A stretch of 64,000 nucleotides of DNA, taken from a bacterium (GTDB lineage Bacteria > Patescibacteriota > Saccharimonadia > Saccharimonadales > SZUA-47). Positions 1 to 9,531 of the stretch are shown here, one piece after another. The stretch's first letter is position 1. Each line of letters begins with the position of its first letter. The stretch is from contig JAUIBF010000002.1 of NCBI GenBank assembly GCA_030428125.1, positions 15,910 to 79,909 of the forward strand, in the 5' to 3' direction. A program made the translations under genes and the position numbers. Under the pieces are notes generated by a model that saw only the letters and a list, made by a program, of their open reading frames with translations, had not been told where the DNA came from and made no database searches.

Positions 1-276
1 AACCGGTTCAGCTATACCGTTCCCGCTCCTCTTGCCAGCCTCATACCAGTACTGTAAATCATCAGTTTCTGATAAGGTTTCTACAATTAGGTTATTTTTA
101 ATTAGCAGAAACCCACTGTTCGACTCCACTAACTCTCTCGCTGACTCCTCACTAGCTCTTACACCAAGTACATATTCTCCATCAATTATTGGAATTTTCG
201 GATTTAGACCTTTTACTCTACTAGATTCAGTTTTGAGTTCCTTTTCAAATGCTGGTCTTATGTATAAATGATTCAC
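1..276 (-). CDS. hypothetical protein (partial, runs off window start)
   Basis: Stop-free minus-strand frame from a GTG at 276 (10 nt after the glmS stop) to position 1. Translation VNHLYIRPAFEKELKTESSRVKGLNPKIPIIDGEYVLGVRASEE... looks protein-like. The overlapping + ORF 32..271 is TTG-initiated and low complexity. No family recognised. Confidence 0.3.
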   Translation of the reverse strand, partial: MNHLYIRPAFEKELKTESSRVKGLNPKIPIIDGEYVLGVRASEESARELVESNSGFLLIKNNLIVETLSETDDLQYWYEAGKRSGNGIAEPV

Positions 277-286
277 GAACTTTACC

Positions 287-2110
287 TTACTCCACCGTTA
301 CGCTTTTTGCTAAATTTCTTGGTTTATCGATGTCCCGACCTAACCTTTTTGCTGCGTAGTACGCAAAAAGGAATGCCGGCACCACTCCAATCAACGGCTG
401 AAGCTGTTCCGAAACTTTTGGAATAACTATTGTGTCTTCAGACAACTTGGCAGCTTCCGATTTTCCTTCATCGACAACAACTACTATCTTTCCGTCCCGT
501 GCATGAATCTCTTGCATGTTAGACACTAATTTTTCATCTAAATCATTAGACAAAGCGAAAGCAAAGGTGGGAAAATTTTTATCGATTAGAGCTAATGGAC
601 CGTGCTTCATCTCTCCACCAGCAAAGCCTTCAGCGTGAATATAGCTAATTTCCTTCAGCTTCAATGCTCCCTCTAGAGCTAGTGGATACGCGTATCGCCG
701 GCCAATGTATAAGAAATCGTTTGCCGTGCTGTACTTTTCAGCTAACTTTCTTATTTTTTCTTCTTGTGCAAATACTTCTTCGATTTTTTGTGGCAAACTA
801 TCCAGCTCGGCAATCAATTTATCGAAATTTCTGTAGTTTTTCGATAAATGAAGCGCAATCAGTAAGAATACTGTTACCTGTGCTACAAATGCTTTGGTGC
901 TAGCTACGGCTTTTTCTGGACCAGCATGACAATAAACACCCGCGTCTGTCATTCTAGCTAATGTAGAACCTGGTGCGTTCACTATTCCCAGAGTTAGAAT
1001 TCCACTGCCCTCAATTTTTTTCAAAGCCGCGATAGTGTCTGCTGTTTCACCAGATTGCGAAACGACTAACACTGCAGTACTTCTACTCAATGGCTCCTGT
1101 CTGTACCTAAATTCACTTGCTTGCTGCACTTCGACCGGAATATTAGATATTTCTTCTAGTAAATATTCACCAACTAGCCCTGCATAGTAAGATGTCCCAC
1201 AAGCTAAAACCACAATCCTATCTATGTAATCCAACTGATCGCGTACTTCCTCCAAACCACCCAACTTAACAATTCCCTCATCTGCACGCAGTCTACCTAG
1301 CATCGTTGCTCTAATTGTTTGCGGTACTTCATGGATTTCTTTTATCATGAAGTCTGGGTAATCTCCCTTTTCTGCAGCTTCATGCTCAATCTCTAATAGT
1401 TCAGTTGGTCGTTTGATGCTCTTGTCTGTCTTTATATGGAATAACTCGTAAGAATTACATGATACTACGGCGCCTTCATTATCTTCTAAAAACACAACTT
1501 GCTTCGTGTGAGGCAATATTGGCATTGCATCGGATCCAATGTACATACCATCCTCAGCAACACCAATTGCTAGTGGACTAGAAAATTTAGCGGCATAAAT
1601 ATTCCCAGGATCATGAGATGTAATCATCACGATTGCGTAAGCCCCACGAAGTGACTTAAGTGCTGCTTTAAAAGCCTTCTGCACATCTCCGTGTTCTTTA
1701 TAGAGCTCAGAAATTAGGTTTGGTATGACTTCAGTATCTGTGTCTCCATAAAACTTAACTCCTTGCTTTGTTAAATAGGCCTTAATCTCTTGGTAATTTT
1801 CAATGATTCCATTATGAATCACGTAAAATTCTTTATTTTGATCATGATGCGGGTGAGAGTTGTTCTTTGTTACGCCTCCATGAGTCGCCCAACGAGTATG
1901 TCCAATGCCAGCATGTCCTTTGGATGGATTTTCACGCTCTGCCTTACGTAAGTGCTCTACTCGACCAACTACTTTAGCAAGATTTATGCTTTTTTTATCT
2001 AATACAGCTATACCAGTGGAATCATATCCCCTATATTCCATAGATTCCAATCCGTCCAATAAATAATCTTTTGCTTGTTTTTTTCCAATATAACCGACTA
2101 TTCCGCACAT
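287..2110 (-). CDS. glmS: glutamine--fructose-6-phosphate aminotransferase (isomerizing)
   Basis: 607 aa. N-terminal MCGIVGY catalytic Cys2 of class-II amidotransferases, two SIS domains, and the canonical C-terminal ...KPRNLAKSVTVE. Confidence 0.97.
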   Translation of the reverse strand: MCGIVGYIGKKQAKDYLLDGLESMEYRGYDSTGIAVLDKKSINLAKVVGRVEHLRKAERENPSKGHAGIGHTRWATHGGVTKNNSHPHHDQNKEFYVIHNGIIENYQEIKAYLTKQGVKFYGDTDTEVIPNLISELYKEHGDVQKAFKAALKSLRGAYAIVMITSHDPGNIYAAKFSSPLAIGVAEDGMYIGSDAMPILPHTKQVVFLEDNEGAVVSCNSYELFHIKTDKSIKRPTELLEIEHEAAEKGDYPDFMIKEIHEVPQTIRATMLGRLRADEGIVKLGGLEEVRDQLDYIDRIVVLACGTSYYAGLVGEYLLEEISNIPVEVQQASEFRYRQEPLSRSTAVLVVSQSGETADTIAALKKIEGSGILTLGIVNAPGSTLARMTDAGVYCHAGPEKAVASTKAFVAQVTVFLLIALHLSKNYRNFDKLIAELDSLPQKIEEVFAQEEKIRKLAEKYSTANDFLYIGRRYAYPLALEGALKLKEISYIHAEGFAGGEMKHGPLALIDKNFPTFAFALSNDLDEKLVSNMQEIHARDGKIVVVVDEGKSEAAKLSEDTIVIPKVSEQLQPLIGVVPAFLFAYYAAKRLGRDIDKPRNLAKSVTVE

Positions 2111-2134
2111 GAATGCCAGTGTAGCTAGATGACC

Positions 2135-3247
2135 CTATTGTTGAAAAGTATTCTTAGCAACAATGTCTTCTATACGATTTTTAAACTGTTGGTTAGAGAA
2201 TTTACGTGCATTTTCTAGGATACTCTGACGGTTATACAGCTTGTAGTTAAAGTCCTTTAGTATTTTTGACAACGATTTAACAGATTGCTCATCGAAAAAT
2301 TCTCCAGTCACGCCTTCCTCGACTGTGTCTAATGAACCACCGGCTCGATATGCGATTACGGGCGTGCCGGCAGCTTGTGCTTCAACTGCCACTATCCCAA
2401 AGTCCTCTTCGTTCGGGAATATGAATGCTTCAGCAGTAGAAATGTATTTCACCATATCTTCATCGTTCACATTCGTCTTGAACGTCACAGTTGGTCCAGC
2501 AATATTCATCAAGTTTTGATGCTCAGGACCGTCACCCACAACTGTTAGTTTAGCTCCTACTTCATTGCAGGAAGCAATCGCTAAGTCTATTCGTTTATGT
2601 GTAACTTGCCTACCAAACACCACAAAACCATCTCGCTTCTGACTGCCACTATTTTCAAACCTCTCGATATCTGTTGGCGGATATAATAGCTCACTTTCGC
2701 GACCATAATATTTCTTTATCCGGCCTTGCACTGCTGTTGAAATGGCATACATCTTGTCAGGTCTTTTAGAAGCTTTTAAATCCCAGCGCTTAGCATATGG
2801 AAGCAATATTTTTAACCCTAATCTCCAAAGAGGATTTAGTCCATCAGTCCCACTCTTATTTAGGTAGTTTTCTGGTTTAACCCAATAATAAAGTGTTGGC
2901 GTGTAGCACATATTTACGTGCACGCCGTCTGGTGCGCGCACAGCTTTTGCCTCTGCGCCAGATGCAGAAATCACAAAATCAAAACCTTTGAGTTTTAAGC
3001 GCCCAAAATACCACTGCCTAGGGAGAGTTAATAGCTGGTGTTTACGGAGTAACCCTGGTAATTTTTGGAACCAGGCTGTACGCACATCTGCCCCTTTAAA
3101 CAATGGCATTTTGTCTTGCTCGAAAGTCGAAGTATAAATCGGTGCTTCCGGGAAAATCTTATGTAGCTGCAAAACCACACGTTCAGCACCACCCATGTTT
3201 GTCAGCCAGTCGCAGACTATAGCTACTTTTGGCTCACGGATTTTCAT
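2135..3247 (-). CDS. glycosyltransferase family 4 (GT-B)
   Basis: C-terminal EDFGIVAVEAQAAGTPVIAYRAGGSLDTVEEGVTGEFF matches the GT4/GT1 E-x7-E nucleotide-sugar motif. The ORF track gives 2135..3283. I prefer the internal MKIREPKVAIV start at 3247, which removes the 35-nt overlap with the upstream gene. Confidence 0.85.
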   Translation of the reverse strand: MKIREPKVAIVCDWLTNMGGAERVVLQLHKIFPEAPIYTSTFEQDKMPLFKGADVRTAWFQKLPGLLRKHQLLTLPRQWYFGRLKLKGFDFVISASGAEAKAVRAPDGVHVNMCYTPTLYYWVKPENYLNKSGTDGLNPLWRLGLKILLPYAKRWDLKASKRPDKMYAISTAVQGRIKKYYGRESELLYPPTDIERFENSGSQKRDGFVVFGRQVTHKRIDLAIASCNEVGAKLTVVGDGPEHQNLMNIAGPTVTFKTNVNDEDMVKYISTAEAFIFPNEEDFGIVAVEAQAAGTPVIAYRAGGSLDTVEEGVTGEFFDEQSVKSLSKILKDFNYKLYNRQSILENARKFSNQQFKNRIEDIVAKNTFQQ

Positions 3248-3248
3248 C

Positions 3249-4694
3249 TTAATCAGAACTTCCTTTAAGTGCTCTTTCGACAACTTGAACTGCTGTTTTA
3301 GACAGTATTACCAAATCCATCCAGAAACTCCAGTTCTGCACATAGTACATGTCTAGTTTACGTCGCTCTTCAAACGGAATATTTTTTCTGCCAGATATTA
3401 CAGCTAATCCAGTAATTCCCGGTTTTACGCTCAGAATTAAGTTCTTTTTCTTAAAAAGATCCATTTCCTGTGGAATTAGGGGTCGTGGACCAACTAAACT
3501 CAAGTCGCCTTTTAGCACGTTAAACAGTTGTGGCAGTTCGTCCAAGCTAGCCTTGCGTAAGAACCCACCAATCCTACTTACACGAGGGTCGTTATCTAAA
3601 TAATCACCATTCCCCCGGTAATCTTTGATGAGTTCTGGTTTACCCATTTTCGTAAATGCCTCTTCAGGTGTGAGACCGTTATAGGTATGGCTATGGGTTC
3701 TGAACTTATACAAACCGATTTTTGTATGGAATCTAGACATCCTGGTCTGTTTATATACAGCACTGCCCCCACCAAAAAGTGTCAGGGAAAGCCAAATAAA
3801 TAACATTATCGGTGAAGTCAGGATTATTAAGATAATCACCGCAAATATATCAAAAAGCCTCTTTATTACACGCCCCCAGCCCACCAAGGCAGTTTGATGC
3901 ACAGCTACCGTAGGAATCCCTTCAAACAAATTTACTTCTATGCTTCCCGTGAACAATCTGCTGTTTCCTGGTACAAATCGATATGCTATGTGGTGTTCTT
4001 GAGCATAAGCTAAGATTTCATCATTACGATATGTATCAGCAAATAGTTCAGTCTGAACTATAGTGTGTACATCTTTTCCTGATAAATGATCAGCTGCTTC
4101 TTCAAAGTTTTTGAACTGAATTTCAGGATCAATTTTAGCATATGTTGTCCTCCTGTCACCGACAACCCCAACAACCCTGTAGCCCAATTTTGGATTCGAT
4201 AGCTGACGAGCGAGTTCTCCTGTTATATCCGTGGCACCGATTAGCAATACATTAGCAACCCCTTTTCCGTATGCAAACATTAACCTCCGTACTCCACGTG
4301 CTACAGTCCTGAACAGCAAAGTCAGCAGAAAGGCAAAAACGAATCCATAAACAGTTACCAGTCGTGCTGGAAAAATTGCCCGGTTTAGAGCATACTCAGC
4401 CCCAACTAGGAATAGTATTCCAATAAACGACCCCATTAGTAGCATCGCAAACTCTTTAAATCGATTTTCGTATACGCTTGCTCGGTATAGACCAAGAAGT
4501 GCGTAGATAATCAGCCAAAAGACTAACAATATTGCTACTACTCCGATGTAACCCTTTGCTGTAATAGGCTCTAACAGAGGTCTGTCGTCTAGTTTTACAC
4601 GAATAATATATGCAAGTGAAAAGGCAGTAACTAGCGCAAAGAAGTCTAGTACTAGCAATAGAAAGCTGTAAAATAACGACGCACTATGTTTCAT
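3249..4694 (-). CDS. polyprenyl-phosphate glycosyl-1-phosphate transferase (WbaP/EpsL-type priming sugar transferase)
   Basis: 481 aa. N-terminal multi-TM region plus a Rossmann-like segment. C-terminal bacterial sugar transferase signature ...SLDELPQLFNVLKGDLSLVGPRP... Confidence 0.9.
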   Translation of the reverse strand: MKHSASLFYSFLLLVLDFFALVTAFSLAYIIRVKLDDRPLLEPITAKGYIGVVAILLVFWLIIYALLGLYRASVYENRFKEFAMLLMGSFIGILFLVGAEYALNRAIFPARLVTVYGFVFAFLLTLLFRTVARGVRRLMFAYGKGVANVLLIGATDITGELARQLSNPKLGYRVVGVVGDRRTTYAKIDPEIQFKNFEEAADHLSGKDVHTIVQTELFADTYRNDEILAYAQEHHIAYRFVPGNSRLFTGSIEVNLFEGIPTVAVHQTALVGWGRVIKRLFDIFAVIILIILTSPIMLFIWLSLTLFGGGSAVYKQTRMSRFHTKIGLYKFRTHSHTYNGLTPEEAFTKMGKPELIKDYRGNGDYLDNDPRVSRIGGFLRKASLDELPQLFNVLKGDLSLVGPRPLIPQEMDLFKKKNLILSVKPGITGLAVISGRKNIPFEERRKLDMYYVQNWSFWMDLVILSKTAVQVVERALKGSSD

Positions 4695-4777
4695 CTAGTT
4701 TTATTTTAACACTAGTGGAGCCCTATATGTGTGTTTGTATTTTGTTCAATATTTGTTATTGTTAAAGCGTAAACGAT

Positions 4778-5221
4778 ATGAAATCAAAAAAACTAACCAA
4801 AAAAAGGCGTAGACTACTGATTCAATTCGCTGAATACATGTTCACCGGTGGTGTTTGGTTCTGGAGCGGTTACATCTTGATTGTCTTGCTCGATGAGCCA
4901 CTTGGATTGTTCTGGGCGAACTTCATCGGTAATGCTGTCGGTATTTCCCTTAATTTTATTCTTGAACGTTACTGGGTATTTAAAACCAAGCGCCCTACCA
5001 AACTCGGCATAGCTACTTTGCGATACGTTGTTTACACAGCACTAAACGCATTCCTTCTAAATTACTTGATACTTTATTCACTCGAGGAATACGTAGGACT
5101 AGGTCCAGAAATCGGCCAGTTCATAGCTAGTGGATTCTTTACATTATGGAACTGGTACTGGTACAGAACGTGGGTATTTAAAGGCAAATCTAAACCAAGA
5201 AAGACCCGTCATCATGCGTGA
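4778..5221 (+). CDS. GtrA family membrane protein
   Basis: 147 aa with four hydrophobic helices. The basic N-terminus followed by LIQFAEYMFTGGVWFWSGYILIVLL is the typical GtrA-like layout. It sits in a glycan cluster. Confidence 0.75.
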   Translation: MKSKKLTKKRRRLLIQFAEYMFTGGVWFWSGYILIVLLDEPLGLFWANFIGNAVGISLNFILERYWVFKTKRPTKLGIATLRYVVYTALNAFLLNYLILYSLEEYVGLGPEIGQFIASGFFTLWNWYWYRTWVFKGKSKPRKTRHHA

Positions 5222-5277
5222 AAATAAGACACAGAAAGGAGTAGCTTTGTAGCTCTAAGGGAAAAGAGCAGCCAGAT

Positions 5278-5296
5278 GAACGAATTCATTTCGTTC
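5278..5296. promoter_or_regulatory. inverted repeat GAACGAA-N5-TTCGTTC upstream of the LexA-DBD gene (candidate operator)
   Basis: Perfect 7-bp arms (gaacgaa ttcat ttcgttc) about 55 nt upstream of the ATG at 5351. The GAAC/GTTC half-sites recall Gram-positive SOS boxes, but the spacing differs. A second hairpin, tcgagga-N13-tcctcga, follows at about 5305-5331. Confidence 0.3.
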
Positions 5297-5350
5297 CCTG
5301 CGTGTCGAGGAAAACCGTAAGTTGTCCTCGAAAAGCGAAGCGAAATCAAT

Positions 5351-5821
5351 ATGCCTAAGAAAAAAGCTGCGGTAAAGAGACCAGCAAAAACCACACACAA
5401 GCCAGGTAAAACTAGGCCAACCAAGAAACAGCATGCCACATTAGATATGATTCGACATTTTATTTCGCAACACGGCTATAGCCCAAGTTATCGCGAGATC
5501 ATGAAGGAATGTAACTATACATCCGTTGCAACAGTTTCCCTTCATGTTAATAACTTAATTAAGCGTGGACATTTAGTTAAACGAGGCAATTCAGCCCGGT
5601 CGCTAGAGCTCGTTGAAAATGTACAAGAAGCAGTTCAGTCAGCAAACAATCACAAAAATGAATTGGTAAAAGAAATAGAAGCTCGTTTTAAAAGTCTAGA
5701 ACAAGAAGTATCAGAAGAAATTCTAAACGAAGTCTACGTGCTCGTTGGCGCTCTTAAGGTTCTTGGCCACCAGGAAGCAGCAGCTGCCTACGCTGGTCGC
5801 ATCAATCAGCTTCAAAGCTAA
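5351..5821 (+). CDS. LexA-type winged-helix DNA-binding protein lacking the S24 peptidase domain
   Basis: After a Lys-rich head, LDMIRHFISQHGYSPSYREIMKECNYTSVATVSLHVNNLIKRGHLVKRGNSARSLEL matches the LexA N-terminal DNA-binding domain pattern. The C-terminal about 60 aa are helical or coiled-coil-like, with no Ser/Lys dyad region. Confidence 0.7.
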   Translation: MPKKKAAVKRPAKTTHKPGKTRPTKKQHATLDMIRHFISQHGYSPSYREIMKECNYTSVATVSLHVNNLIKRGHLVKRGNSARSLELVENVQEAVQSANNHKNELVKEIEARFKSLEQEVSEEILNEVYVLVGALKVLGHQEAAAAYAGRINQLQS

Positions 5822-5853
5822 ATCGGAGTTAACTCCGATTTAAATCCGATTTA
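5820..5853. terminator. bidirectional intrinsic terminator / repeat family 1 copy A
   Basis: aaatcggagttaactccgattt is a perfect palindrome (9-bp stem, TTAA loop) flanked by an A-run and a T-run. It lies between convergent genes and is followed by an extra aaatccgattt half-site. The same 33-nt unit recurs inverted at 28511..28543. Confidence 0.55.
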
Positions 5854-5922
5854 TATTTTATAATTTCGTATCTGTTACTTACTGGTAATTTTAGAGTAGC
5901 CTACGACCGGTCTATCTTGGGC

Positions 5923-6378
5923 CTACTTGTTTTCGTGGCCGTTTTCTTGATTGATTCTACTAGAGGAATCTCGCTTTTCAACGTCGTGACTACCTACTCC
6001 AAAAACAGCCTCTATCCTACAATCTTTGATTGCTTGCATTTCATTTTCCGGTAGCGCATGTTTATTCGGATCCCTGTCCCCGCCATTACAGAAAATTAGC
6101 TCGTCATCTGGATATCTAGCTCTAATCTCACGCAACGTTTTCGACTGTCCTAAATCTTCGTCGAGCGCCAAAATTACTTCGTCGACTAACCGTAAAGCTC
6201 TCATCAGACGCATTCTATTTTGTTCATCTAAAATAATTTTACCCTTTTTGAGCATCTGAGCTTTGTCGTTATTTACGGAAACTATTAAATAATCACCCAG
6301 CAGCTTAGCTGCTTCAATCATATCCAAATGCCCACCATGAAGTGGGTTAAAGTATCCACTAACTATTACGCGTCTCAT
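5923..6378 (-). CDS. cytidylyltransferase-fold nucleotidyltransferase (RfaE-domain-II / TagD-like)
   Basis: 151 aa. VIVSGYFNPLHGGHLDMIEAAKLLGDYLIVSVNND carries the HxGH motif of the cytidylyltransferase superfamily. It is zero-gap coupled to the upstream ORF. Confidence 0.7.
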   Translation of the reverse strand: MRRVIVSGYFNPLHGGHLDMIEAAKLLGDYLIVSVNNDKAQMLKKGKIILDEQNRMRLMRALRLVDEVILALDEDLGQSKTLREIRARYPDDELIFCNGGDRDPNKHALPENEMQAIKDCRIEAVFGVGSHDVEKRDSSSRINQENGHENK

Positions 6379-6897
6379 CTAATCTCCGGTTAATCCTTGA
6401 GTTTTCTCATAGTTATTTACTGCGAGTTGTATAAAACTGATTTGAGATTGCATAATGTTGTTTGGCAGGCTGTCCACTCTATACATTTTCCCTAACTTTG
6501 GCTTTTCCTGCACTTCGACCCAGTATACTTGAGCATGCTCGGTACCTCTTTTGCTCTTGTGTAAGATACTTCCGACAAAGTATGGAGCAGAAACCTTTGT
6601 GTTTGCCAGTTCATCTTTTAAAATCCTCTCAAATGCTAGATACTTCTTACCATCTGAATCTGTTGGCCTAATAACTGTTCCAGGTGTATGCAGTTCTCCT
6701 GCAAACAGTTTGTCATTCTCCTCTCTGTTCAAAAGCAGCACTTCGACGACACCGTCTTCATTTTTCCATACTGGTACAAATTCAATTATTGATAAGGTGT
6801 TCAGTCTAGCCATTTGCATAAAAATCTCTAAGGGGTAAAAGCCTGGATCGAGTTTTTTAAGCAAAGACACTAATTTACTTTGGTCTTCTTTATTCAT
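6379..6897 (-). CDS. hypothetical protein, possibly Nudix-fold
   Basis: 172 aa. The segment HTPGTVIRPTDSDGKKYLAFERILKDELANT loosely resembles a Nudix box (G-x5-E-x7-RE-x2-EE), but it is degenerate. Its stop abuts the start of the nucleotidyltransferase gene. Confidence 0.45.
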   Translation of the reverse strand: MNKEDQSKLVSLLKKLDPGFYPLEIFMQMARLNTLSIIEFVPVWKNEDGVVEVLLLNREENDKLFAGELHTPGTVIRPTDSDGKKYLAFERILKDELANTKVSAPYFVGSILHKSKRGTEHAQVYWVEVQEKPKLGKMYRVDSLPNNIMQSQISFIQLAVNNYEKTQGLTGD

Positions 6898-7007
6898 GGA
6901 TAGCTAGTTTTAGTAGTTTACTGACTCTAAAATAACAGCAAACTTTTTCGTAAACCTCCGTTAAGCTCTAGTAAAGTATACTGTATGTGCAGACCTAGGA
7001 AGAAACT

Positions 7008-8348
7008 ATGAAAATAAACTCAGAAATATTTAAGTCTTATGATATTAGAGGCAAAGTTGGTGATGATTTAAATACTAAAACATCCAAAGCAATAGCTAGA
7101 AGCTTTGCAGATTGGCTGCCAGAACAAGGTGTTATTGCTGTTGGACGTGATATGCGTCCAGACTCTGAAGAGTTGGCTGCAGCGTTTATTGAAGGTTTAA
7201 CTCAGCAAGGTTATGACGTTTGGGATATCGGTCAAGTTACTAGCGATATGATTTATTTTGCAATTGGCAAGTGGGGTTTAGCAGGAGGTGCAGTTATTAC
7301 GGCTAGCCACAATTCAGGTGGAGAAAACGGGGTTAAATTATATCGTGATAAAGTAACTCCCGTTGGGCTCGATTCTGGCCTTGCAGAAATTCGAGACAAA
7401 GCACAAAATGACGATTTTGAACAATCCGCAAAAACAGGTGGAATTATACAAAAATCAATTACCGATGAATGGGTACAGCATTGTATGACTTTTATAAATG
7501 AAATAAAGCCATTCAATGTTGCTATAGACGCCGGAAATGGTATGGCTGGAGCAATATTGCCAAGTATATTACCCAAACTTCCAATTAGCGCAGAACAGAT
7601 GTATTTCGATCTAGACGGTACATTCCCTAATCACGAAGCAAATCCTCAAAAAATCGAAAATTTACAAGATTTAATAGCAAAAGTAAAAGAAAATGGCTAC
7701 GACTTCGGCATTGCTTTCGACGGAGATGGTGACCGAGCAGTGTTTGTCGACGATAAAGGCAATTTGGTGTTGGGGACGGACCTAATGACAATTATCGCAC
7801 GACTTTACCTGGAAAAATATCCAGGAACCAAGATTGTCCACGATGTCCGAACCAGTCGTGCCACACAGGAGTTGATTAAAAAATGGGGTGGCGAACCGAT
7901 TAGAACAAAGGCAGGTAGAGTAAATGTTGGTACTCTATTACGAAAAGTTGGTGGAGCATTTGGTGGCGAAACAACTGGCCACTTTTTCTACAAAGAAAAC
8001 TACGAAGCTGATTCTGGATTGATTGTTGCACTAACTGCAATGCAAGCAATATCGAATAGCGATAAAAAACTATCGGAACTCATTTCTGAATATCGCTTGT
8101 ATGAAATGATACCGGAAATGAACTTCGAAACCACCAGGGATAAACAAAAAATATTTGATGAGCTAAAAAGAGTATTTTCTAATGGGCAGGTCGATGAACT
8201 AGACGGTCTAACCGTAGAATATCCTAACTACTGGTTTAATCTTAGAGCCAGTAACACAGAGCCTGTTATGCGCCTCAATGCTGAGGCAACAAATAAGCAG
8301 TCGCTGGATGATATAGTTAGTAAAGTTAAGAGCATAATCGAAGGCTAA
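7008..8348 (+). CDS. phosphomannomutase/phosphoglucomutase (alpha-D-phosphohexomutase family)
   Basis: 446 aa. Active-site loop TASHNSGGENGVK (variant of TASHNP), Mg-binding FDGDGDR, and the sugar-binding GGETTGH region. Confidence 0.9.
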   Translation: MKINSEIFKSYDIRGKVGDDLNTKTSKAIARSFADWLPEQGVIAVGRDMRPDSEELAAAFIEGLTQQGYDVWDIGQVTSDMIYFAIGKWGLAGGAVITASHNSGGENGVKLYRDKVTPVGLDSGLAEIRDKAQNDDFEQSAKTGGIIQKSITDEWVQHCMTFINEIKPFNVAIDAGNGMAGAILPSILPKLPISAEQMYFDLDGTFPNHEANPQKIENLQDLIAKVKENGYDFGIAFDGDGDRAVFVDDKGNLVLGTDLMTIIARLYLEKYPGTKIVHDVRTSRATQELIKKWGGEPIRTKAGRVNVGTLLRKVGGAFGGETTGHFFYKENYEADSGLIVALTAMQAISNSDKKLSELISEYRLYEMIPEMNFETTRDKQKIFDELKRVFSNGQVDELDGLTVEYPNYWFNLRASNTEPVMRLNAEATNKQSLDDIVSKVKSIIEG

Positions 8349-8425
8349 CCACTAAATGCCATTGTCCTTTGGTGCCTAGGACTCCAAAAAGTACGGATTC
8401 ATATTTATTAAAGTTTAATTAAGTT

Positions 8426-9475
8426 CTATAAGTATGAAAAAAGCCGTTCTGCAAATGCATCACCATTAATTTTCCGCGTGACGATAAAGTCATGGAGTGC
8501 CTTTACGGGTGAGACTTCCATCAGTGTCGGGTACAGACCAAGCGATGCGACAGTAGAAACGGATTCGACAGTCTTTCCTTCACTTTTCATGCCCTCCAGA
8601 GCTTCGTCTACTGTTTCTCCTCGTCCTAAACGAATACCGAACTGCTGATTTCGCGTCTTACCACCTATAGAGCTCATCCACATATCATTACCCCAACATT
8701 GGCTATCAATAGCAAATGTTCGTTCGTTTGCACCCATAACAACACAAGCTCGCCCAATTGAACCAGCCGTTTTTGAAATAGCATAAGTCATAGTTCCGGT
8801 ATCATACTCTCTTCCCTGAACAAATCCGGATATTACTGAGATGACATTCTTCATAGCAGATGCGAATTCAACGCCTATTAAGTCCTGTGTTGGGGTCAGT
8901 GACAAACTTGAAGATGATAAGAATTGAGTAATTTTCTGAGCTACCTCTAGTTTTTCGGAAGCAATATCGGCACCCAGAGGCTGATCGTCGAGAAGCTCTC
9001 TGTCGATTGTACCTCCAGCAAAAAGCGCGTAATTATAGTCAAAACCTACTAGTGTATCTGCATATATTTCCGAAAGTCGTTTTCCTGTTTGCACATCTAG
9101 TGCTTTTGCTGTATTCAACAGCGTCACACCTGGTTTTAGGTTTGCACCTACTTCTTCCAATACGCTTCTTGTAGACAAAGATGGAGTGGCTAAAATGACT
9201 AAATCGGCACCACTAACTGCCTCTGCAGGTTCACTTACAATATCGAAGCGTCGAGACAGCTCAGAGTCAGTAAACTTACTAGGGTGCCTTCCGTGTTCTT
9301 GTATGTGAGCTGCTGTATCGCCTCGAACATACGCCCTAAGAGTGGCATCATCTCCTGCAACTCTATCAATGTGCTGCATAAATGCTAGGCCGAAATACCC
9401 AAGCCCGTATACACTTACGTGATTGAATTGCTCTCTGTTGAATCTTTCTTGATTATGTGGTGTTATTGCATTCAC
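8426..9475 (-). CDS. gpsA: NAD(P)H-dependent glycerol-3-phosphate dehydrogenase-like
   Basis: 349 aa. DLIGVEFASAMKNVISVISG and KTRNQQFGIRLGRGETVDEAL parallel the GpsA signatures (DVIGVElgGALKNVIAI; SRNRRfGlaLGqGksleea). The N-terminal dinucleotide-binding loop is divergent. It would supply the substrate for the tagD further along the cluster. Confidence 0.7.
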   Translation of the reverse strand: MNAITPHNQERFNREQFNHVSVYGLGYFGLAFMQHIDRVAGDDATLRAYVRGDTAAHIQEHGRHPSKFTDSELSRRFDIVSEPAEAVSGADLVILATPSLSTRSVLEEVGANLKPGVTLLNTAKALDVQTGKRLSEIYADTLVGFDYNYALFAGGTIDRELLDDQPLGADIASEKLEVAQKITQFLSSSSLSLTPTQDLIGVEFASAMKNVISVISGFVQGREYDTGTMTYAISKTAGSIGRACVVMGANERTFAIDSQCWGNDMWMSSIGGKTRNQQFGIRLGRGETVDEALEGMKSEGKTVESVSTVASLGLYPTLMEVSPVKALHDFIVTRKINGDAFAERLFSYL

Positions 9476-9531
9476 AGCAAGTAATTATACTTCTCGGCAA
9501 GCATGGTAAGCAAGCGTAAGCGTAAATCAAT

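Noticed and set aside
2111-2134. glmS ribozyme upstream of glmS
   Set aside because: Only 24 nt separate the glmS start from the stop of the upstream glycosyltransferase gene. That leaves no room for the ribozyme of about 170 nt.
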